This document shows, in pieces, positions 1 to 6,689 of a DNA stretch of 21,173 nt. Origin of the DNA: Clostridia bacterium (GTDB lineage: Bacteria > Bacillota > Clostridia > Christensenellales > Aristaeellaceae). Below the pieces are notes generated by a model that did no database searches, had not been told where the DNA came from, and saw nothing but the letters and a program-made list of their open reading frames with translations. Both the position numbers and the translations under genes were made by a program. The DNA is taken from assembly GCA_045599485.1 (NCBI GenBank), contig JAZRWA010000057.1, forward strand, positions 1-21,173, written 5' to 3'. The stretch's first letter is position 1. Every line of letters starts with the position of its first letter.

Positions 1-535
1 TGCTGGTCGGGTACACGCCCTGCCCGTGAATGCTCATGCTGCCCTTTGACTGTTTCCACACATATTCCAGCACAGAGGAGGAGAAGGAGTTCAGCATGCT
101 GCGGTCCTCCAGATGATACTTGCGGATGCCCGCCAGCAGACCATCGGCGCTTTTGAAGGCAAACTCCCGGCCGCAATCGCACTCCCAGTCCTTCAATTCC
201 CAGTTGACCAGCAAGTCGGAGGTATCGGCTACATACTGCAAAAATTCGTCCAGGGAGGGCACCTTCACGCCCTTGAACGCGTCAGAGAACCAGCTGCCGG
301 CGTCCAGTTCGCAAATTTCCGCCCAGGTCTTTTCGCGGCCGAGGCCCGTGCCGTCGGTAGTACGGTCCACGGTATCGTCGTGCATGATGTACATGACGCC
401 GTCACGGCTCATGTGAATATCGGTTTCAATCATGTCCACGCCAAGGGCCACCGCCTGTCTGAAGGAAGGCATGGTGTTTTCGGGGGCGTGTTTGCGGTCA
501 CCGCGGTGACCCGCCAGAATGATCTTTTTGTTCAA
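1..535 (-). CDS. glycerophosphodiester phosphodiesterase (GDPD) family protein, N-terminal part; the C-terminal end runs off the left edge of the window
   Basis: Own minus-strand translation from TTG 535..533 gives LNKKIILAGHRGDRKHAPENTMPSFRQAVALGVDMIETDIHMSRDGVMYIMHDDTVDRTTDGTG... This matches the GDPD signature (HRG..APENT, IExD, DG..HDxxxxRTT). The frame stays open to position 1, which is why it is absent from the ORF track (no stop in the window). GGAAAGGAAG lies about 8 nt upstream of the TTG. An in-frame GTG at 580..578 is an alternative start. The listed + ORFs 113..577 and 120..416 are antisense shadows. Confidence 0.75.
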   Translation of the reverse strand, partial: MNKKIILAGHRGDRKHAPENTMPSFRQAVALGVDMIETDIHMSRDGVMYIMHDDTVDRTTDGTGLGREKTWAEICELDAGSWFSDAFKGVKVPSLDEFLQYVADTSDLLVNWELKDWECDCGREFAFKSADGLLAGIRKYHLEDRSMLNSFSSSVLEYVWKQSKGSMSIHGQGVYPTS

Positions 536-589
536 GCTGTCCGCTTCCTTTCCGATTTGGCTATGTGTAAAGAATAGCACGATTCCTTG

Positions 590-618
590 TTGGATTCAAC
601 CGTCTTTTCTGTTATAAT
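590..618 (+). promoter_or_regulatory. sigma-70-type promoter candidate for truA
   Basis: TTGGAT (590-595), a 17-nt spacer, then TATAAT (613-618). It lies about 24 nt upstream of the ATG at 642. Confidence 0.5.
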
Positions 619-641
619 AGGCGGGCATGGAGGTGCACGCG

Positions 642-1463
642 ATGGAAAATCTGGAACCCTGCCAAAGGGTGCTGCTGACAATTGAATACGACGGAAGCGG
701 TTTTTACGGCTGGCAGCGGCAGGAGAAGCTGCGTTCCGTGCAGTGGGAAGTGGAAAAAGCCTTAAGCAAGGTGCTGGGGCGCGAGACCACCATCTGGGGG
801 GCCAGCCGCACCGATACGGGCGTAAACGCCATCGGACAGCGGGCGCACTTTCACAATTACAGCACCATTCCGCCCGAAAAATTCTGTTTTGTTTTGAACA
901 CCGTGCTGCCGCCCGATGTGCGCGTCAGCGCGTCCCGGGAGGTGCCCGTGTGGCTGCACGCGCGCTTTTCCTGCCGCGGCAAGATCTATACCTACCGCAT
1001 CCACAACAGCCGCCACGCCAGCGCCATGTACCGCAACATGAGCACGCACATCCCCGTGCCCATTGATGAGTACAAAATGGCCGAAGCCGCCAAACGCCTG
1101 CTCGGCACGCATGATTTCGGCGCGTTCCAGGCGGCGGGCGGCACCGCCAAGACCACCATGCGCTCCATTTACGGCATCGATATCAGCCGTCAGGGCGATG
1201 ACATTACCATGATCGTGCGCGGCAACGCCTTTTTGTACAACATGGTGCGCATCATGGCAGGCACGCTCATCGCCATCGGTCAGGGACGATTGAGCCCCGA
1301 TTGTCTCAATGAGGCGCTTGAAACGCAAAACCGTCTGGTGCTGGGCGTGACAGCGCCGCCGAGCGGGCTGGAGCTGACCAAAATCTATTACGACCTCGAC
1401 GGCGAGCGGCCGACGGACCCGCTCTTCCCCATTCAGGAGGGGCTGCCGCCGATCGAGCTGTGA
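642..1463 (+). CDS. truA: tRNA pseudouridine(38-40) synthase TruA
   Basis: The ORF 627..1463 translation contains LTIEYDGSGFYGWQRQ and the catalytic-Asp motif SRTDTGVNA, plus FLYNMVRIMAGTL. Start preferred at ATG 642 (MENLEP...) because GGAGGT (629-634) sits 7 nt upstream; ATG 627 would be almost leaderless. Stop is TGA. Confidence 0.9.
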   Translation: MENLEPCQRVLLTIEYDGSGFYGWQRQEKLRSVQWEVEKALSKVLGRETTIWGASRTDTGVNAIGQRAHFHNYSTIPPEKFCFVLNTVLPPDVRVSASREVPVWLHARFSCRGKIYTYRIHNSRHASAMYRNMSTHIPVPIDEYKMAEAAKRLLGTHDFGAFQAAGGTAKTTMRSIYGIDISRQGDDITMIVRGNAFLYNMVRIMAGTLIAIGQGRLSPDCLNEALETQNRLVLGVTAPPSGLELTKIYYDLDGERPTDPLFPIQEGLPPIEL

Positions 1464-1472
1464 CGGGGAGGC

Positions 1473-1523
1473 GGATTGGGGAGGGCACGCTTTTCGTGCC
1501 GAAAAGCATCCCCTCCCCAATCC
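1473..1523. repeat. nested hairpin repeat, copy H1 (outer stem GGATTGGGGAGGG/CCCTCCCCAATCC, inner stem GCTTTTCG/CGAAAAGC)
   Basis: The sequence is ggattggggaggg-cac-gcttttcg-tgc-cgaaaagc-atc-ccctccccaatcc, starting 10 nt after the truA stop. No U-tract follows it. It has the same architecture as the copies at 4088, 4255, 4339 and 17980. Confidence 0.6.
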
Positions 1524-1558
1524 ACACCCGAGAAAAGGCCGTTCTTTATATATAAATC

Positions 1559-1590
1559 AAACACTCTCCTTGGATGGAGGGTGTTTATCT
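1559..1590. terminator. hairpin between convergent truA and the ohrR operon; possible bidirectional terminator
   Basis: Stem aaACACTCTCC / GGAGGGTGTtt has about 11 bp including one G-U pair, with loop ttggat. It is followed by tttatctt on the + strand and by gatttatatat on the - strand. A second long imperfect hairpin at 1641-1689 is followed by tttt on the + strand. Confidence 0.4.
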
Positions 1591-1728
1591 TGCCACGCTT
1601 TGAATCTTTTGAACATGACCTTACATGACCCTCACAGTATAACACCCCTGCACCGATGACGCAAAAACGCTCATCAGCGCAAGGGTGTTTTCATGTCTGA
1701 TCAGATGATGCCTTTTTTCGCGGACAGG

Positions 1729-2166
1729 TCACTGAGCAAATTTCTCCATCATTTCATGAAGGATCTGATATAACGCCACGGCCTTTTCCGGCTCAAGCGG
1801 CACGCATGCCCCCACCTTGGCGGGGATCTCCACCGCCTGCTCCTTCAACGCCTCTCCTGCTTCGGTCAGGACCGCGTACACATCCCGCCGGTCGGTGGCG
1901 GAACGCTTCCGGGTCACATAGCCCTTCTTTTCCAGCGCGCTCAGCACCGGGGTCAGTGTGCCCGAATCCAGAAACAGCCTCGCTCCCAGTTCCTTGACCA
2001 TCATCTCTTTCTGCTCCCACAGCACCATCATGGTAATGTACTGCGTATAGGTAAGGCCGATCGGATCGAGGAACGGCTTATATCGCTTTACCACCTCTCT
2101 GGAGACAGCATACAGCGGAAAGCACAGCTGCCGGTCCAGCTTCAGTCCTTCATACTCCTCATTCAT
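1729..2166 (-). CDS. ohrR: MarR-family organic-hydroperoxide-responsive repressor, OhrR type
   Basis: 145 aa. The N-terminus LKLDRQLCFPLYAVSREVVKRYKPFLDPIGLTYTQYITMMVLWE...LFLDSGTLTPVLSALEKKGYVTRKRSATDRR closely parallels the remembered B. subtilis OhrR sequence (LENQLCFLLYASSRE...LYLDSGTLTPMLKRMEQQGLITRKRSEEDER). The sensing Cys is at position 15, and a second Cys lies at position 121. Its start overlaps the stop of the upstream gene by 8 nt. Stop is TGA. Confidence 0.85.
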   Translation of the reverse strand: MNEEYEGLKLDRQLCFPLYAVSREVVKRYKPFLDPIGLTYTQYITMMVLWEQKEMMVKELGARLFLDSGTLTPVLSALEKKGYVTRKRSATDRRDVYAVLTEAGEALKEQAVEIPAKVGACVPLEPEKAVALYQILHEMMEKFAQ

Positions 2167-2461
2167 CTTCGTCTTCCTCTAACGGAGATCTGTAATTTGG
2201 ATCCTTCGACGCCGCAAGGGCCGCCCTTACCGCCTTTGCCAGCTGATCGGAACAGGAGGTGCCCCGGCGGCCGCAGGTGATGCCCGTCAGCTTCTGTTCG
2301 ATCTGATCCACGCTCCATCCCTCCAATAATACAGGAATGGTCTTCAGATTTCCATCACATCCGCCCATAAAATGAATATTTTTTACGATTTCGCCTTCCA
2401 GGTCGAGGCTGATCAGCTTGGAACAGGTATTTTCGGTCAGATAGTCGAAGTGAAACATCAC
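2159..2461 (-). CDS. TIGR03905-family 4-Cys protein (stand-alone TSCPD domain), function unknown
   Basis: 100 aa with four Cys at positions 13, 35, 63 and 70, plus the motif GITCGRRGTSCSDQLAKA (TSCPD-like TSCSD). It has an acidic C-terminal tail EEDEDE. An ATGA overlap links it to the upstream peroxidase gene. Stop is TGA. Confidence 0.8.
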   Translation of the reverse strand: MMFHFDYLTENTCSKLISLDLEGEIVKNIHFMGGCDGNLKTIPVLLEGWSVDQIEQKLTGITCGRRGTSCSDQLAKAVRAALAASKDPNYRSPLEEDEDE

Positions 2462-2997
2462 AGTACCTCTTGGATCTTTTCACGGATCTTTTTCATGTCC
2501 GCGGTGGGCTCAAAGCGGGCCACGATGCTGCCGCTGCGGTCGATCAGGATCTTGGTAAAATTCCATTTGATGTTGCCGTTGTTTTTATAGTCCTTGTCCA
2601 TTTTCTTGGCAATGGGACGCAGGATCAGCCCCATCGGGCCGTCAAAGCCTTCAAATTTGGTGTTGGCGGTCAGCCACTTGTAGAGAGGGATCGCGTTTTC
2701 TCCGTTGACATCCACCTTGGAATACTGGGGAAAGGTGATGCCGTATCTTCCGGTGCAGAACTCATGCACCTCTTCATCGCTGCCCGGGGTCTGCTCGCCA
2801 AACTGGTTGCAGGGAAAATCCAGGATCTCAAACCCCTGCTCCCGGTACGCCTCATACATCTCCTGAAGCTCGGTATACTGGGGCGTAAAGCCGCAGCCGG
2901 TGGCGGTGTTGACGATCAAAAGCGCCTTGCCCTGAAAGGCCGACAGGGCCACTTCCTTTCCGTCCTGCGCCTTCACAACAAAATCATATACGCTCAT
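2458..2997 (-). CDS. glutathione peroxidase homologue (thiol peroxidase, GPx/BsaA type)
   Basis: 179 aa. Motifs are LIVNTATGCGFTPQY (peroxidatic Cys), FPCNQFGEQTPG and IKWNFTKILIDRSG, all classic GPx-family blocks. AGGAGGAG lies 7 nt upstream of the ATG at 2997. Stop is TGA. Confidence 0.9.
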   Translation of the reverse strand: MSVYDFVVKAQDGKEVALSAFQGKALLIVNTATGCGFTPQYTELQEMYEAYREQGFEILDFPCNQFGEQTPGSDEEVHEFCTGRYGITFPQYSKVDVNGENAIPLYKWLTANTKFEGFDGPMGLILRPIAKKMDKDYKNNGNIKWNFTKILIDRSGSIVARFEPTADMKKIREKIQEVL

Positions 2998-3014
2998 CCA
3001 AATGCTCCTCCTTT

Positions 3015-3050
3015 AATTGATTGTGTTCAATCGATTTAACGCAATCGATT
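3015..3050 (-). promoter_or_regulatory. candidate operator: three AATYGATT boxes at exact 14-bp spacing
   Basis: AATTGATT at 3015-3022, AATCGATT at 3029-3036 and AATCGATT at 3043-3050. AATCGATT is its own reverse complement. The third box overlaps the -10 hexamer, and the others lie between the -10 and the RBS of the peroxidase gene. Confidence 0.4.
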
Positions 3051-3076
3051 ATAGCGGACAGACTGTCCTTTGTCAA
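3048..3076 (-). promoter_or_regulatory. consensus sigma-70 promoter of the gpx / TSCPD / ohrR operon
   Basis: The minus strand reads TTGACA (3076-3071), a 17-nt spacer (aaggacagtctgtccgc, itself containing the palindrome GGACAGTCTGTCC), then TATAAT (3053-3048). Confidence 0.65.
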
Positions 3077-3111
3077 CCGCTTTTTTATCGGTACGCTGTT
3101 CCCGAAAGAGT

Positions 3112-3160
3112 CAAAAAAAGAGGAACCCTGCCTTCCGTGATCGGAAAGCGGGATCCCTCT
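3112..3160 (-). terminator. rho-independent terminator of the lipoprotein gene
   Basis: An imperfect GC-rich hairpin agaggaaccctgccttccg-tgat-cggaaagcgggatccctct. On the minus strand it is followed by TTTTTT (plus-strand A-run 3113-3119). Its inner stem CTTCCG/CGGAAAG resembles the repeat family. Confidence 0.55.
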
Positions 3161-3173
3161 TTAAAAAACCTTG

Positions 3174-3950
3174 TTATTTGGTCTCCTTGATGGAGTTGTG
3201 GATGGCGTCGTACAGCTTCATGTAGTCGCTGTTGTACCAGCCGTCGCAGCGCACGTGCACGGTCAGCAGGGTGTTGTCTTTCAGCAGCACCATGTGCACG
3301 CGTCCGCGGATGACGGTGCCGTCCTCCAGCACGCCGCGGTAGTTGTTATAGTAGCCGTCGGCGCCCATCATCTTTTTGCTGGCGGCGTTGTAGGTCTGCC
3401 AGTTCTTGTAACCGCCGCCCAGCTGGGCCAGGAAGGTTTTGAGCTCTTCCTTGACATTGACCTGGTTGAAGCCCTGATTGACCGCCGTCTTGGTAATGGT
3501 GATCACGCAGGGCGTGCCGTCCACCACCTGATCGGCCGGCTCGGTCAGCACAATGGTGTTGCGTCCGGTCTCGTTCATCACATAGCCCTGGGCGCACTTG
3601 AAGGTCAGGCCAACGTTGGGGGCGGTGTAATCCGCCATGGTAAAGGTCAGCGTGGGACGCGGCGTGGGCGTGGGCATATCCACCGGATCGATCGGGATGG
3701 GCGTGGCGCCCGCGTACACGATGTTGCCGTAGCTGTCATACGCCGCGGTCACATCAAAGGTGCCGTCATCCTCCTCGCTCGCAGGGTCGTAGCCCGCGGG
3801 CAGACCGTTGACGGTCACAGCCGTCGGGATCGCTTCCAGCGGGGAGCTCTGCCCGCCGCCGATGTTCAGATTTTCTTCAATCGCAGCGCAGGCGCACAGC
3901 AGCAGCGCAGCCGCCAGCAGAAGCGCGGTCAGCATCAGTTTCTTTTTCAT
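3174..3950 (-). CDS. probable lipoprotein / secreted protein of unknown function
   Basis: 258 aa. The N-terminus MKKKLMLTALLLAAALLLCACAAIE has a signal peptide with a lipobox-like L-C-A-C. The mature part is hydrophilic, followed by a Pro/Thr-rich segment (PIPIDPVDMPTPTPRPT). Stop is TAA. The + ORF 3171..4016 is an antisense shadow. Confidence 0.7.
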   Translation of the reverse strand: MKKKLMLTALLLAAALLLCACAAIEENLNIGGGQSSPLEAIPTAVTVNGLPAGYDPASEEDDGTFDVTAAYDSYGNIVYAGATPIPIDPVDMPTPTPRPTLTFTMADYTAPNVGLTFKCAQGYVMNETGRNTIVLTEPADQVVDGTPCVITITKTAVNQGFNQVNVKEELKTFLAQLGGGYKNWQTYNAASKKMMGADGYYNNYRGVLEDGTVIRGRVHMVLLKDNTLLTVHVRCDGWYNSDYMKLYDAIHNSIKETK

Positions 3951-4087
3951 AAATCATTGCCCCCCGTATGCACGGTACTCAAATCACAGGCGCATGTCGC
4001 CTTAATACAATTGTAATGATTTACTGCCATTTGTCAAGCTTTTTTCACAAATTTATCCTGAGGACAACGGAGAGAACGGAGGATCCG

Positions 4088-4129
4088 TTGGGAACCACCC
4101 TTTTTGAAGCCAAAAAGGGCGGTTCCCAA
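4088..4129. repeat. nested hairpin repeat, copy H2 (loop in GAAGCC orientation)
   Basis: The sequence is ttgggaacc-a-ccctttttg-aagc-caaaaaggg-c-ggttcccaa, a near-perfect 42-nt palindrome with one mismatch. Confidence 0.6.
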
Positions 4130-4254
4130 GCCCTCCGCGAAAAAGCAGTTTTATAACAAGCTAAAAAGCACCCTTGCTGTAACAGCACAATCCATCATCA
4201 GAGCAATGGTGTTGGAAAAACTCAAAAACCGCCTTTTCTCCAAGAGGGGGGTCA

Positions 4255-4300
4255 GGGGGAGAGGTATGCTTTTCGGCTTCGAAAAGCGTACCTCTCCCCC
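4255..4300. repeat. nested hairpin repeat, copy H3 (loop in GGCTTC orientation)
   Basis: The sequence is gggggagaggta-t-gcttttcg-gctt-cgaaaagc-g-tacctctccccc. The outer stem is 12 bp and the inner stem 8 bp. No U-tract lies on either side. Confidence 0.6.
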
Positions 4301-4338
4301 CTATAAACATAATTATTTTCGCCCTTTCCCGGAGGGGT

Positions 4339-4384
4339 GCAAGGGAACCCCGCTTTCCGGCTTCGGAAAGCGCGTTTTCCCTGC
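4339..4384. repeat. nested hairpin repeat, copy H4 (loop in GGCTTC orientation)
   Basis: The sequence is gcaagggaa-cccc-gctttccg-gctt-cggaaagc-gcgt-tttccctgc. It lies 20 nt downstream of the HTH gene stop on the minus strand, but no U-tract follows it. Confidence 0.55.
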
Positions 4385-4404
4385 AAAACAGCCCCGCCCC
4401 GTCA

Positions 4405-4785
4405 TCACGCGTCCAGATACCGCACCCACCGCGCGCGGGTGCGCATCGTAACGCGCAGACTGATGCCCAGCTGCTCGGCGATCTCCTCCCAGCGCAAGCC
4501 GGACAGATAGCGCATCTCCAGCAGCAGCCGGCCGCGGCGTGAAGGCACCCGCGCGATCAACGCCCGCACGGCAGCCTCCGCCTGCGCTTCCTCCGCTTCC
4601 AGCGTCCTCACCTGCTCACGCAGTTCCCGAAGCCGCCCCGCCGCCCCCGGCGCGCAGCCCTCCTCCGCCCTGCGCCGCAGCGATGCAAACTCCCGGATGC
4701 GCAAACGCTTTTCTTCCTTCAGCTCCAGTCCGCGTGCCAGCAAACGCTCGGCTCGAAGCCCCCTGATGTCTGTTCTCTCTGTCAT
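4405..4785 (-). CDS. small sigma-70 region-4-like helix-turn-helix protein with a coiled-coil N-terminus (DUF1492-like guess)
   Basis: Start set at ATG 4785..4783 (MTERTDIRG...), with AAGGAGGAG 4 nt upstream. The listed ORF 4405..4953 extends further, but that extension overlaps the kinase 3' end and lacks an RBS. The C-terminus RLLLEMRYLSGLRWEEIAEQLGISLRVTMRTRARWVRYL looks like a region-4 HTH. The middle is Arg/Glu/Ala-rich. Stop is TGA. Confidence 0.55.
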   Translation of the reverse strand: MTERTDIRGLRAERLLARGLELKEEKRLRIREFASLRRRAEEGCAPGAAGRLRELREQVRTLEAEEAQAEAAVRALIARVPSRRGRLLLEMRYLSGLRWEEIAEQLGISLRVTMRTRARWVRYLDA

Positions 4786-4851
4786 TGACTCCTCCTTTTT
4801 TTCGGTGTTCCCGTGATGATTATGCAAACATATGTTCGCCATGTCACAGGC

Positions 4852-4880
4852 AGAATACCCGAAAAAAAGCCCTCTGTCAA
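4852..4880 (-). promoter_or_regulatory. promoter candidate for the small HTH gene
   Basis: The minus strand reads TTGACA (4880-4875), a 17-nt spacer, then TATTCT (4857-4852). A 10-nt palindrome AACATATGTT lies between the -10 and the RBS. Confidence 0.45.
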
Positions 4881-4889
4881 GCAAAGCAG

Positions 4890-5987
4890 TCAGTTTTGCA
4901 TTTCGCCGCCGTTTTTCCGCGCGGGCGGATTTTTGAGCAGCACCGTAAAGCACGTCCCCTCGCCCGGCACGCTTTCCACGCTGATGCTGCCCCCCTCCTG
5001 GGTCACGATCTGCCGCACCAGCGCCAGCCCCAGCCCGCTGCCCTCGGCGGCGTGCGAACCGTCCGCCTGATAGAACCTTTCAAAAATGTGCGCCATCTGT
5101 TCCCCGGTCATACCGCGTCCGTTGTCGCTGACGCGCACACGCACATGCTCTCCCTGCCGGTCCAGCTGCAGCAGCACACGCCCGCCCGGCTCGTCAAACT
5201 TGACGGCGTTGTCGATCAGGTTCACCCACACATGCATCAAAAGCTGCTCCCGCCCTGTGTAGGTGATCTCCTCCAGCTCCGCCTCCGGCTCCACGCCGCG
5301 GGCAGACCACTTTCTTTCCAGCAGCAGCACCGCCTATCGCAGCTGCTCATCCAGCCGGTAGGTGGTCTGTTCTGTCGGTACCCCCTGGTTTTCCAGCCGC
5401 GACAAAAGCAGCACATTGCCCACCAGACTGCTGAGGCGTGCCGAGTTGAACAGGATTTTGCCGATATATTCCTGCCGCACCGCCTCGGGCTGGGAGGGAT
5501 CCTGCAAAAGGGTCGCGTAGCCCTCAATGGCGCTGATGGGCGTTTTGAACTCATGCGACACATTGGAGGTAAAATCCTTCTGCAGTGTCTCAATGGTGCC
5601 CAGCGCGCGCACCATGGTGTTAAAGTTGCGGTACGCGCTGCTGATCTCCCCCATGCGCACGTTTTCGTTCAGATGCACGGTAAAATCGCCCTTGGCCACC
5701 AGGCTCATGGCGCGGTTGAGGCGTGTAATGGGGCGAATGATAAAGTGTGCCGTGATCAGCGTCAGCAGTGTGCCGATGAACAGGCTCAGCAGCAGCATCC
5801 ACACCTCGGAGGGAATGCGCATCTGCGTCAGCCATTGGATCAGCGCCGTAATGCCCGCCGAAAAGCCCAGTGCCAGCAGCAGCGTCACGCTGCTGAACAG
5901 CATAAAATAAAACCGCAGCGAGGTGCCCTCGCTGTTGGTTTTTTTGTTCTTCGGTCGTTTTTCCTTTTTGACGGTTGCTTTTTTCAT
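4890..5987 (-). pseudogene. sensor histidine kinase (2 TM, HAMP, HisKA, HATPase_c) interrupted by a single in-frame TAG at 5336..5334
   Basis: Track ORFs 5334..5987 and 4890..5330 are in the same frame, separated only by TAG plus one Ala codon. The first contains TM helices, HAMP and SHEFKTPISAIEGY (HisKA H-box). The second contains NLIDNAVKF (N-box), DNGRGM (G1) and GSGLGLALV (G2). The read-through text is ...YRLDEQLR*AVLLLERKWSARGVE... The extracytoplasmic loop between the TM helices is very short, suggesting an intramembrane-sensing type. Terminal stop is TGA. The start overlaps the response-regulator stop (ATGA). Confidence 0.75.
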
Positions 5988-6658
5988 TGCTTGCGCACCA
6001 CCTTGTAGCCGATTCCGCGTATGGTCACAATGTCAAAATCGGGGTTGTCATGAAAGCGCTCCCGCAGGCGCCCGATGTGCACCTCAACGGTGTGCGGATC
6101 GGTCTCGGTCTCCAATCCCCAGATGTCGTCCATCAGCTGCTGCCGTGTAAACACCCGTCCCGGGGAGGCAAACATCTTGTACAGCAGCAAAAATTCCTTT
6201 TGCGGCAGCTGCACGCTCTCGCCCCCGCTGATCAGGCAGAAGGAATCATAATCCAGCACCGTGCCGCCGATGATCTCCCGCCGTTCGCTGATCATCTGCG
6301 CCCGCCGCAGCAGCGCGCCCACGCGCAGCACCATCTCGTTGACGTTGACGGGCTTGGCCATATAATCATCTGTGCCCGATACAAAGCCGCGCTGCATATC
6401 CTGAAAGGCGTCGCGGGCGGTGATCATCAGCACGGGAATGCGGATGCCTGCCTGCCGCACCGAGCGCACCAGCTCATAGCCGTCCACGCGCGGCATCATG
6501 ATGTCGGAGATGATCAGGTCAATGTAGGTGTTCTCCAGCACATTCAGCGCTTCCTGACCGTCCGCCGCCTCTGCCACCTCGTAACCGCTGTTTTCCAGCA
6601 CACGGCGGAACAGCTGCCGAAGCTCACGGTCGTCCTCCGTCACCAGAATCCGAAACAT
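5984..6658 (-). CDS. OmpR/PhoB-family response regulator
   Basis: Start set at ATG 6658..6656 (MFRILVTEDDRELRQLF...), with GGGGAGG upstream. Receiver-domain motifs are TEDD, DLIISDIMMP and MITA. The C-terminal winged helix carries LPQKEFLLLYKMF...VEVHIGRLRERF...IVTIRGIGYK. The upstream extension to 6781 in the track is rejected. Stop is TGA. Confidence 0.9.
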   Translation of the reverse strand: MFRILVTEDDRELRQLFRRVLENSGYEVAEAADGQEALNVLENTYIDLIISDIMMPRVDGYELVRSVRQAGIRIPVLMITARDAFQDMQRGFVSGTDDYMAKPVNVNEMVLRVGALLRRAQMISERREIIGGTVLDYDSFCLISGGESVQLPQKEFLLLYKMFASPGRVFTRQQLMDDIWGLETETDPHTVEVHIGRLRERFHDNPDFDIVTIRGIGYKVVRKQ

Positions 6659-6689
6659 GCCGCCGCCTCCCCGTTTTTTTATTGTTTTC

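Noticed and set aside
4104-4451. A 115-aa plus-strand ORF in the large intergenic gap.
   Set aside because: It reads straight through three palindromic repeats and has no RBS. Its composition is Lys/Arg/Pro-rich and non-globular, and its 3' end overlaps the HTH gene.
5334-5336. Pyrrolysine as the specific explanation for the internal TAGs.
   Set aside because: No pyl genes or methylamine methyltransferases occur in the window. A histidine kinase and an esterase are not known Pyl proteins. This is kept only as one sub-option of the broader recoding hypothesis, to be tested genome-wide.
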